Assembly: GCA_049516635.1 (NCBI GenBank)
Contig: JBEKSX010000001.1
Location: forward strand, 1,671-65,670
Origin: Ignavibacteria bacterium
Lineage (GTDB): Bacteria > Bacteroidota > Ignavibacteria > Tepidaquicellales > OLB5
Direction of reading: 5' to 3'
DNA length: 64,000 nucleotides
Shown piece after piece: positions 29,338 through 37,585 of the stretch (position 1 is the first letter of the stretch; each line of letters opens with the position of its first letter). The translations under genes and the position numbers were made by a program. Below the pieces are notes generated by a model. It worked only from the letters and a program-made list of their open reading frames with translations, did not search any database and had not been told where the DNA came from.

Positions 29338-30624
29338 TTATTTATTCTGTTTAAAATCGACTCCGGTGAACATGATGGATAAAGTTTCTCTATCGAGGCG
29401 CTGCCATATACAAGCAACAAAGTCATTATAAGAAGAAATACCGATATAATCACCAAAGAAGGTTTTCTTCTCAGGAATAAAAGGTTCTTCGGAAATCTTA
29501 ATATTCTCGAATGTTTCACCTCCATCTGTGGATCTGGCAAGATATACGTCTGTTTGAAGATCTTTATAATTTCTTCTGTCATAAAATAAAATATTAACAG
29601 CCCCCGTGATCGGGTCAACAGACATCCAGCTCATGAACTGCTGCTTTTTATTTCCAACAGAATCATCATTTACCCTTTTCACATCACTCCAGGTATTGCC
29701 ACCATCGGTCGATTTTACGAGAAATATATCAACATCATCAGTTCCGTTCCTGCGGTCTGAAAAATTGATATATATAGTCCCTCTATATGCATCATTGCTA
29801 ATATCACAGGCAGTTACGGGCATTCCATTGCAGCGGTATAACCCCGGTATGTCATATTCCCAACCACCATATTGCTGGGCTACGGGAATTTCCTTATCGA
29901 GCCATGTTGACCCGGCAGTATGTGAAACATTAAAAACTATCCCTGCCGGACCTGACCAGGAAACATAGACCTCCCCGTTCGGTCCTACGCATGGTACCGC
30001 TCCTTCATCTGTATTAGATGAATCAAGGCAGTCTCCAAAAGTGCTGTTGATCTGACGTGCGTCATTCCAGGTAAAGCCCCTGTCAGTTGAACGTGAAAAC
30101 ATTATATTTGAATGATGATCGGGGTCCTTGCTCCTATACCGGTCGAATTGCGTCCAGGCAAGATATACGTAACCATTCCTCTTCCAGTCGCTGCAGGCCC
30201 AATCTTTATCCTGTATCTTAGGCGGGTTCTTTCCTACGTAACTCCCCGGGTCTGACCATGACATCCCTCCATCTGCAGACACCTGGCATACAATTCTGTC
30301 AAGCCACTTTGTGACTGAGGGTTTAGCGAGATGAAAATAACACGCATTTCCCTTTTTATCGAAGACCACACACGGATCGCCCCACACACCGCTTTCAGAC
30401 GATTCGATCGTTCCTTCATTCCAGGTAGAACCTCCATCGAAAGAATAATAATAGTTATCAAGATTTGCTCCTGCTATCAGGTTTAAGGGATTGTGCGGGT
30501 TTATAGAAATGCTGACCTCGTTCGGGCTGTTATATTTTGAGTTCACTCTGATATTTTTGTATTGAGAATAGAATAATGAAGTTATTGAAAGCAGGTATAT
30601 GATACTAAACAGGTATTTCCTCAT
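29338..30624 (-). CDS. BNR/Asp-box repeat beta-propeller protein (sialidase-like fold), no T9SS sorting domain
   Basis: 428 aa with a signal peptide. Asp-boxes are SFDGGSTW, SADGGMSW, STDRGFTW, STDGGNTW and STDGGETF. It is a paralogue of the next two genes but ends right after the propeller. Confidence 0.8.
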   Translation of the reverse strand: MRKYLFSIIYLLSITSLFYSQYKNIRVNSKYNSPNEVSISINPHNPLNLIAGANLDNYYYSFDGGSTWNEGTIESSESGVWGDPCVVFDKKGNACYFHLAKPSVTKWLDRIVCQVSADGGMSWSDPGSYVGKNPPKIQDKDWACSDWKRNGYVYLAWTQFDRYRSKDPDHHSNIMFSRSTDRGFTWNDARQINSTFGDCLDSSNTDEGAVPCVGPNGEVYVSWSGPAGIVFNVSHTAGSTWLDKEIPVAQQYGGWEYDIPGLYRCNGMPVTACDISNDAYRGTIYINFSDRRNGTDDVDIFLVKSTDGGNTWSDVKRVNDDSVGNKKQQFMSWMSVDPITGAVNILFYDRRNYKDLQTDVYLARSTDGGETFENIKISEEPFIPEKKTFFGDYIGISSYNDFVACIWQRLDRETLSIMFTGVDFKQNK

Positions 30625-30746
30625 AAATATGTATTAATACTTACAAATAATCTTTTAGAATTCACATTCTTGATTCTGGATATCGCTAACGAATTTATTA
30701 AAAAAGTATTTGATGACAATAATCTTCTGCTGATGTTTTTAATAAA

Positions 30747-30779
30747 TATAAACCCACGATGATCGATCGTAGGTTTATA
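30747..30779 (-). terminator. Terminator hairpin after the 30802-32424 gene
   Basis: An imperfect palindrome tataaacccacgat-gatcg-atcgtaggtttata lies just downstream of the stop (minus strand), in AT/T-rich context. Confidence 0.5.
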
Positions 30780-30801
30780 TAATAAATACTATAAAAAACA
30801 T

Positions 30802-32424
30802 TTATTTAGACAGTACCATTTTCTTTGTTTCGGTGAATGAGTTATCTCCTGCCTTAATCGTATAAAAATATACTCCGCTCGAATAATTCATTGCATTCCA
30901 TTCATATTCGTAGGTGCCCGGTGCAAGATCTTCATTCACTAAAACCGTAATTTCTCTTCCCAGAATGTCATATATAACGAGCTTCACCGGCACTGAGTTC
31001 AAATTGCCTGAAGGAATATCAAATCTGATCTTCGTGCTCGGATTAAAAGGATTCGGGTAATTTTGTGACAAACTGTAAGATTTCGGCAACTCGTTTGAGG
31101 GATTTTTTACCGGTAACGGATAATCAACGATCGCAGCCCATATACTAAGCTGTCCGCTTTGTAATCTAGCCCATATTGGTCTGACACTGCCATTTGCTGC
31201 CGTAACATTTGTATAATCACCGAAGAATGTCCCCGAGGTTGGAGTAAAAGGTGAAGAGCTGACCTTAAAATTTGTGAATGTCGTTCCGCCATCTGTTGAT
31301 CTTGCCATATATACATCCGTTTGGTTATCTGTGTAATTTCTTCTGTCATAAAATACGAAATACAGATATCCTGTAGATTGATCTATGGTCATCCAGGTGA
31401 AGAATTGCTCTTTCCCTGCAGGATCGTCATTGACCTTACTGGGAGTGCTCCAATTCAAGCCTCCATTAGTTGATCTTACCATCTTCACATCGTGGTCAGC
31501 TGGACCTGCCGAGTCGGTCCAGTTAATATAAATATAACCATTGTATGGACCTCCGCTGAGATCGCAGCATGTAACCGGTAATCCATTGGCCCTGTAAATA
31601 CCTGAAATATTATAATCCCAACCGCCCGGCTGGTCGCATACATAGGTCGGGGCTGCAAGCCAAGTAGTTCCTCCATCGGTAGACTTTTGAAAATAAATAC
31701 CATATTGTGAGTTTAAAATTTTAGGACCTGCCCAGCCGACATAAAGAACGCCGTTGGGTCCCACTGCCGGAACTGCCCCTTCCATTGTATTATCCATATC
31801 GTGACAGTCACCGGAAAGTGCATTCAATCTTATAGGCGGGTCAAGCCAGTTCAATCCGCCATTTGTTGATCGTGAGAATAATATTCTTGAGCTGTCATTC
31901 GGTTGACTGCTGTTATAGGAATCAAATTGTGTCCATGTCACATAAATCCAGTTACCGCGCGTGCCATGAGTCCAGTCTACCGCAGACCATGCTTTGTCCT
32001 GCTCTGCCCTCCCATTGGGATTTAGACCCATGTATGTCCCAGGGTTTCCGTAGCTGACACCGGCATTTGTAGATTTAGCACATACTATTCTATCGATCCA
32101 GATAGCCGGCGCAGGCGGATTCGAGAGGTGGAAAAAGTAGAAATTACCTGCAGTATCAACCTGCATAGCGGGATCGCCCCAAACACCGCTTATATTATCA
32201 ACGAGAGTACCTTTTGTCCAGTTATATCCGCCGTTAGAAGACCAATAGTAGAAATCAATATTAGCTCCGGCAACTAGTTGGTTAATATTTTTAGGATTTA
32301 TTGCAATCGAAGGTTCTTCAGGTGCCCCAACATTATCTACCATCACATTTAGATATGTCTGAGCATTTAATATACCATAGAACGATAGTAAAAAAGAAAG
32401 AATATAAATGTATTTTTTCATCAT
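30802..32424 (-). CDS. BNR/Asp-box repeat beta-propeller protein with T9SS C-terminal sorting domain
   Basis: 540 aa with a signal peptide. Asp-boxes include STNGGLNW, STDGGTTW and STDGGTTF. The C-terminus reads NYPNPFNPSTKIRF...GVYFYTI...KKMVLSK. Confidence 0.8.
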   Translation of the reverse strand: MMKKYIYILSFLLSFYGILNAQTYLNVMVDNVGAPEEPSIAINPKNINQLVAGANIDFYYWSSNGGYNWTKGTLVDNISGVWGDPAMQVDTAGNFYFFHLSNPPAPAIWIDRIVCAKSTNAGVSYGNPGTYMGLNPNGRAEQDKAWSAVDWTHGTRGNWIYVTWTQFDSYNSSQPNDSSRILFSRSTNGGLNWLDPPIRLNALSGDCHDMDNTMEGAVPAVGPNGVLYVGWAGPKILNSQYGIYFQKSTDGGTTWLAAPTYVCDQPGGWDYNISGIYRANGLPVTCCDLSGGPYNGYIYINWTDSAGPADHDVKMVRSTNGGLNWSTPSKVNDDPAGKEQFFTWMTIDQSTGYLYFVFYDRRNYTDNQTDVYMARSTDGGTTFTNFKVSSSPFTPTSGTFFGDYTNVTAANGSVRPIWARLQSGQLSIWAAIVDYPLPVKNPSNELPKSYSLSQNYPNPFNPSTKIRFDIPSGNLNSVPVKLVIYDILGREITVLVNEDLAPGTYEYEWNAMNYSSGVYFYTIKAGDNSFTETKKMVLSK

Positions 32425-32574
32425 TTTTTAATACAATAACATCAAAATTCCTTATAATGTTAAAGGGCTAACAAATAAGATATATTGATAAAATTAAAGT
32501 TTAAAATAAATTATTATTTAATAGATATTACTAACTTAAAATTATACTTGCAGTTTCTAAACTATTGAATGAAT

Positions 32575-34194
32575 CTATTTCGATAATATCATTTTCCTGG
32601 TTTCACTGAATGAATTATCACCGGTTGTAAGTGTATAAAAATAAACTCCACTCGAATAATCCGCTCCATTCCATTCGTATTCGTAAGTACCCGGAGGAAG
32701 CTTCTCATTTGCAAGAACTGAAAGCTCTCTTCCGAGAATATCGTACACCAGCAGCTTAACCTGCACAGGACTTCCCATGCTCTCCGGAATATCAAATCTG
32801 ATCTTAGTCGACGGGTTAAACGGATTAGGATAATTCTGAAATAAACTATACGATTTTGGAATTTCAGAAGTTATGCTTTTAACAATAAGGGGTTCTTCCA
32901 GGATAGCAGTCCATATACTAAGCTGACCGCTCTGTAGTCTTGTCCAGATAGGCCTTACACTTCCGTGCGAAACAGTTATGTTATTATAATCACCAAAGAA
33001 CACGCTGGAGGTTGGTGTGAACGGACTTGAACTTATCCTGAAATTATAGAAGCTCGCTCCTGCATTCGTCGACCTTGCTATATATACATCTGTCTCGTTA
33101 TCTGTGTAATTACGCCTGTCATAAAAGACAATGTAAATATATCCGGAAGTTTGATCAACTGTCATCCATGTGAAAAACTGTTCTTTCCCCGGAGCGTCAT
33201 CATTAACCCTAACAGGTGAGCTCCAATTGAATCCTCCGTTAGTGGATCTTATGAACTTTACATCGTGGTCACCTGTTCCTGCTTCATCACTCCAGTTTAT
33301 ATAAATATTCCCGTGATATGGTCCCGGGCTAAGATCGCAGCATGTTATAGGCATCCCGTTGCACCTGTAGATACCCGGTATGTCATAAGTCCACCCGCCC
33401 GGTTGATTGGTGACGTAAATATCATCCGGGAGCCAGGTTATTCCACCGTCAGTTGATCTATCGAAGAAAATCCCATACTGAGAATTAATTACTTTCGGAC
33501 CTGCCCACGCTACATATATCTCGCCATGCGGTCCAACGACTGGTACTGCTCCTTCAGTAGTATTATCACCATCAAGGCAATCGCCTCCGAGCCTACTAAT
33601 GCGAACCGGAGTACTCCAGTTAGCTCCGCTGTTCGATGAACGTGAAAATAGGATTCTCGAACTATCCGAAGTATTAGAACTGCCATAGCTATCGAATTCG
33701 GTCCATGTAACATAGATCCAGTTGCCCCGAGGACCATGTGACCAATCAACACCGGTCCATGCTTTATCCTGAGCTTTTGTTCCGTTCAAACCGGTATAAG
33801 TTCCTGGGTTCCCGTAATTAATTCCGCCGTTTGTTGATTTAGCACATACTATTCTATCGATCCAGTTACCCGGTGAAGGCGGATTCGCAAGGTGGAAAAA
33901 GTAGAAATTACCAGCAGTATCAACCTGCATGGAAGGGTCACCCCAAACACCGTTCTGGTTATCAACAAGGGTTCCCTTAGTCCAGTTAAAACCGCCATTC
34001 GAAGACCAGTAATATAAATCAATATTGGCACCTGCAACCAGCTGGCTGATATTTTTAGGGTTTATACTTATAGAAGGTTCTTCAGGCGCACCGACATTAT
34101 CTATCATCACATTCTGGAATGTTTGTGCAATAACAATGCCATAAAGAAAAGTGAAAAATAAAAAAGAGGAAATTAAAATGTACTTTATCTTCAT
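32575..34194 (-). CDS. BNR/Asp-box repeat beta-propeller protein with T9SS C-terminal sorting domain (tandem paralogue)
   Basis: 539 aa, colinear with the 540-aa neighbour over the full length (roughly 70 percent identical by eye, not computed). It has the same Asp-boxes and sorting domain. Confidence 0.8.
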   Translation of the reverse strand: MKIKYILISSFLFFTFLYGIVIAQTFQNVMIDNVGAPEEPSISINPKNISQLVAGANIDLYYWSSNGGFNWTKGTLVDNQNGVWGDPSMQVDTAGNFYFFHLANPPSPGNWIDRIVCAKSTNGGINYGNPGTYTGLNGTKAQDKAWTGVDWSHGPRGNWIYVTWTEFDSYGSSNTSDSSRILFSRSSNSGANWSTPVRISRLGGDCLDGDNTTEGAVPVVGPHGEIYVAWAGPKVINSQYGIFFDRSTDGGITWLPDDIYVTNQPGGWTYDIPGIYRCNGMPITCCDLSPGPYHGNIYINWSDEAGTGDHDVKFIRSTNGGFNWSSPVRVNDDAPGKEQFFTWMTVDQTSGYIYIVFYDRRNYTDNETDVYIARSTNAGASFYNFRISSSPFTPTSSVFFGDYNNITVSHGSVRPIWTRLQSGQLSIWTAILEEPLIVKSITSEIPKSYSLFQNYPNPFNPSTKIRFDIPESMGSPVQVKLLVYDILGRELSVLANEKLPPGTYEYEWNGADYSSGVYFYTLTTGDNSFSETRKMILSK

Positions 34195-34294
34195 AGATTT
34201 TAAATAATAAATAGTAAAATCTTTAAAATTGTTAAATGATTCAAGCTAAAAAGCAGGCTGGTTATCCAATTATTTAAATCATCTGGAAATCAGT

Positions 34295-36826
34295 TCATTC
34301 CTTTACTTCAATGCCCTTATCATCTTCAAATCCGAATAATTTTGCCAGACTGTGCTCCAGATATTTTACGATCGAATTTGTAACTATATCATCGATAGTA
34401 CTGCCGCCGGGCACAGCATAATAAACAAGCCTGAATCTGCTGCTAAGATGAGCCTCTTTTTTCGCATAATTAACTGTTTCGTAAAGTCCTCCAATCTCAT
34501 CTACAAGTCGTTTATTGAAAGCATCCGTTCCCAGCCAAACTCTGCCCTGAGCTACCTGTTCAACTTCGCTTTTAGAGAGTTTTCTGCCTTCACTAACCGT
34601 ACTTATAAACCTGTCATAATAATAATCGATCAGTCCCTGCAGGATCTCCAATTCATCCGGGCTAAGCTCCTTGTACAAAGAGCCAATATCGGAATGCTCC
34701 CCTCGCTTAAATGTCTCAACTCTGATTTTTTGGCTTTGCATTAAGCTGTCAAGATTAGGCTTTGCACCGAAAACCCCTATGCTCCCCGTAACGGTCAGCT
34801 CGTCACAAAATATTTTATCCGCATTGCATGAGACATAATATCCTCCTGATGCTGCCGCAAATCCCATCGAAACATATAAAGGTTTTTTATATTTCTTTTT
34901 AAGTCTTATTATGGCAGCATTGATCTCTGCAGAAGCCAGGGCTGAACCTCCTCCTGAATCGACACGCAGGATAATCGCCTTGACTCTCGGGTTCGCAAAC
35001 GCATCCTCAAGCTGACGCACCACGGTTTCGGAACCGGTACTTCTGCCCTTGCTAAGAAAAGGAATTTGTATCGGATCAGGCGCTTCGCTTTCGCCTGAAG
35101 TGATCGTACCGTGTACACCGACAACTGCAATGGCATCCGGTTCCCCCCAGCCATCATCCCATACTGAACGGTTAACATTGCTTAAAAAACGTGAGGAACG
35201 GTTGTTTTTTTCAACCAGGTCTTTAGCATCCTGATACCAGCCGTTCGCATCTACCAGACCCAGCCGTTTTGCTTCCCTACCCGAAACCGGTTGTGAAAGT
35301 TTTTCACGCATGTAATCATCAAGAGTAATATTTCTTGCTGTTATTACTCTTTGATTCATTTTATCATATACAATGTCGAGAATCCTGTTAATCACTTCTT
35401 TTGCTTCAGTTGTGGTTGAATCGAGCAATCCCTGAAAGGTAAGTTTATATTTCCCTGCATAAAATGTTTGTAGTTCAATACCATACTTCTGAAGAAATTG
35501 TTTATAATTCATTACATCAATAGATAATCCGTAAAATAGTATCGCTTCATCAGGCATCACTATATCATTGGCGAATGTGGCAATATAATATTCTACGGGT
35601 CCTGCATCTTCGGGGAAATAAGCAGTAATTTTTTTACCCTTAGATTTAAACCGTTCCAGTGCGTTCGTAAGCTCTTCTACGGCAGCTGATATTGCAACTA
35701 TCCTGGTTCCCTCATGAGGGTATATCTTCAGAAGCATACCTCTGATCGATTCATCTTTCGAGGCATAGTCAATATCAGCGATTACTTCATGGATACTCCT
35801 TTCCCCTTTTCCAAGTACACCAAAAAACACATCATCAGTAGAATAATCCTGTAGTGAGCCGGATAAAGTTATTTCTACGATCTTCTTACTTTCCCTTATA
35901 ATGCTCTTCCTTTTTTCTAAATTAAATGATAAAGAAAAATCCGAACCTGCGCTTCTATATGATGTGAATGAATTATCCCAGTCAGTGAATTTATGAAATG
36001 AATTATTATATCTCGCAGAAAAATTCGGCAAATCAAAACGTACGCCAAAATTAAAATAATCATCGGTGTTTATATCATTTATCCTTGTGAAATTTCCGTT
36101 AAAATGGACACCGTCAGCAGCTTTAATATCACATCCGAGTTTAATCAGATTTTTTTCAAAAAATCCAGAATTTGTGTATGGAATACAGCTGAAATCCGCC
36201 AAAAATGTCAGCCAGTCTTTTATAAATGGACGGACAGCGGCTCCAACAGTATATTTTACACAAGGTGTATTATTCTGGCTAAAGCTTTCATCATATTTGA
36301 CAGTTACAGCTGTGGAAATATAGCCTGAAGGTCTGAATAAAAATCCAAACCCGCCTCTGAAACGTGGCATATTGCTATCAAAAAAATCAGCAGATTCTAT
36401 TTTCCTCATATTAAGCCATTCTGCGAGCACCCCGACATCCAAGCTCTTGTTGCCTATACCAAATCCTAATGAGATCGTACTAAGCTCGTTGCTAAAGGGT
36501 TTGACGGAAAGATCATTAGCCGCACTTCTGCCTGTAATAGCATTCCTGTAAGATAATCCAAAATTACCAGCATTAATCAATATGTCATATTCGTCTAATT
36601 GGGAACTCCCTAAATAATTATTAATGAAAAAATTTAAGTTCAGGTTCAATTTGTGTTTCAATCCCAGCACAGCCGGATTCAGTCTGAATGCATTTGCGCC
36701 CTCATCATTAGCAGAGAACTGGTACATTTCATTTGACGGATTAAAAAGATCAATATCCTGTGGAAAGATGTTTTGAAAAGTCAACAAAATGAACAAGCTT
36801 AGAAAAAGCAATGGATTCTTTTTCAT
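34295..36826 (-). CDS. sppA: Signal peptide peptidase SppA (67K-type, tandem S49 domains) with an extra ~300-aa N-terminal beta-rich domain
   Basis: 843 aa. The C-terminal ~540 aa carry two S49/ClpP-fold halves (ILRVDSGGGSALASAEI, SMGFAAASGGYY, GSIGVFG). The N-terminal 300 aa follow a signal peptide and show alternating aromatic/polar beta-strand-like patterns. Confidence 0.8.
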   Translation of the reverse strand: MKKNPLLFLSLFILLTFQNIFPQDIDLFNPSNEMYQFSANDEGANAFRLNPAVLGLKHKLNLNLNFFINNYLGSSQLDEYDILINAGNFGLSYRNAITGRSAANDLSVKPFSNELSTISLGFGIGNKSLDVGVLAEWLNMRKIESADFFDSNMPRFRGGFGFLFRPSGYISTAVTVKYDESFSQNNTPCVKYTVGAAVRPFIKDWLTFLADFSCIPYTNSGFFEKNLIKLGCDIKAADGVHFNGNFTRINDINTDDYFNFGVRFDLPNFSARYNNSFHKFTDWDNSFTSYRSAGSDFSLSFNLEKRKSIIRESKKIVEITLSGSLQDYSTDDVFFGVLGKGERSIHEVIADIDYASKDESIRGMLLKIYPHEGTRIVAISAAVEELTNALERFKSKGKKITAYFPEDAGPVEYYIATFANDIVMPDEAILFYGLSIDVMNYKQFLQKYGIELQTFYAGKYKLTFQGLLDSTTTEAKEVINRILDIVYDKMNQRVITARNITLDDYMREKLSQPVSGREAKRLGLVDANGWYQDAKDLVEKNNRSSRFLSNVNRSVWDDGWGEPDAIAVVGVHGTITSGESEAPDPIQIPFLSKGRSTGSETVVRQLEDAFANPRVKAIILRVDSGGGSALASAEINAAIIRLKKKYKKPLYVSMGFAAASGGYYVSCNADKIFCDELTVTGSIGVFGAKPNLDSLMQSQKIRVETFKRGEHSDIGSLYKELSPDELEILQGLIDYYYDRFISTVSEGRKLSKSEVEQVAQGRVWLGTDAFNKRLVDEIGGLYETVNYAKKEAHLSSRFRLVYYAVPGGSTIDDIVTNSIVKYLEHSLAKLFGFEDDKGIEVKE

Positions 36827-36904
36827 ACTTTTTAGGTTTAATAATTTAGCAAAAATGATTGGTGCTATTGTAAACTATTCTAATATAACTATTTAAAAAA
36901 ATTT

Positions 36905-37438
36905 ATGAACAGCCAAATTTCATTAGTAACAAAGATAATACCTATATTAATGTTTTCATTATTTTCATTTATTTCGTGCAAAGGACAGGATATTACATTG
37001 AAAGAAGGTGATCAAGCACCTGATTTCACACTTCAATCGGATGAAGGCCAGCAGGTTAAACTGTCAGACTATAAAGGTGTTTCTAACATTATTCTTTATT
37101 TTTATCCTAAAGATGAAACACCGGGATGTACGAAAGAAGCCTGCAACTTCCGTGATAATCTGTCTCAATTCAAAGACATGAACACTGCAGTTCTCGGAGT
37201 CAGCGTGGATGATATTGACTCTCACAAAGAATTTAAACAAAAGGAAAATCTTAATTTCACATTGCTCGCAGATCCCGATAAGAATGTAACAAAGGAGTAC
37301 GGGGTATTGAGTGTAATAGGGTTTGCTTCAAGGGTTACATTTGTGATTGATAAGGATGGCATCATTAGGAAGATTTATCCGAAAGTTGATCCGAGTGAGA
37401 ATTATAAGGACCTTCTGGCGTTTCTAAAAACGATGTAA
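36905..37438 (+). CDS. bcp: Exported Bcp/PrxQ-type thiol peroxidase
   Basis: 177 aa. The active site is FYPKDETPGCTKEAC (C-x4-C). The N-terminal hydrophobic leader ends in FISC, a possible lipobox. Confidence 0.85.
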   Translation: MNSQISLVTKIIPILMFSLFSFISCKGQDITLKEGDQAPDFTLQSDEGQQVKLSDYKGVSNIILYFYPKDETPGCTKEACNFRDNLSQFKDMNTAVLGVSVDDIDSHKEFKQKENLNFTLLADPDKNVTKEYGVLSVIGFASRVTFVIDKDGIIRKIYPKVDPSENYKDLLAFLKTM

Positions 37439-37533
37439 AACAGCAAACTTTTTAAGTATGCTGTTTCAGACGGCTTTGTTTTGCCTTTATGGACATGTTG
37501 TGAGAACTTTTCGGTGTGAGAATTATACAAAAG

Positions 37534-37565
37534 AAAAAGGAGGATCATTAGGGATCCTCCTTTTT
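37534..37565. terminator. Bidirectional terminator between convergent genes
   Basis: aaaaa-ggaggatc-attagg-gatcctcc-ttttt is a perfect 8-bp stem flanked by A and T runs. Confidence 0.8.
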
Positions 37566-37585
37566 ACTTAAATTCACTCCATAAA

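Noticed and set aside
29196-29618. 140-aa minus-strand ORF overlapping the 3' end of the 428-aa BNR gene
   Set aside because: It is in a different frame from a gene with clear Asp-box motifs. Its translation is hydrophobic and low-complexity with no support. I also checked this region for a degraded T9SS sorting-domain remnant and found none.
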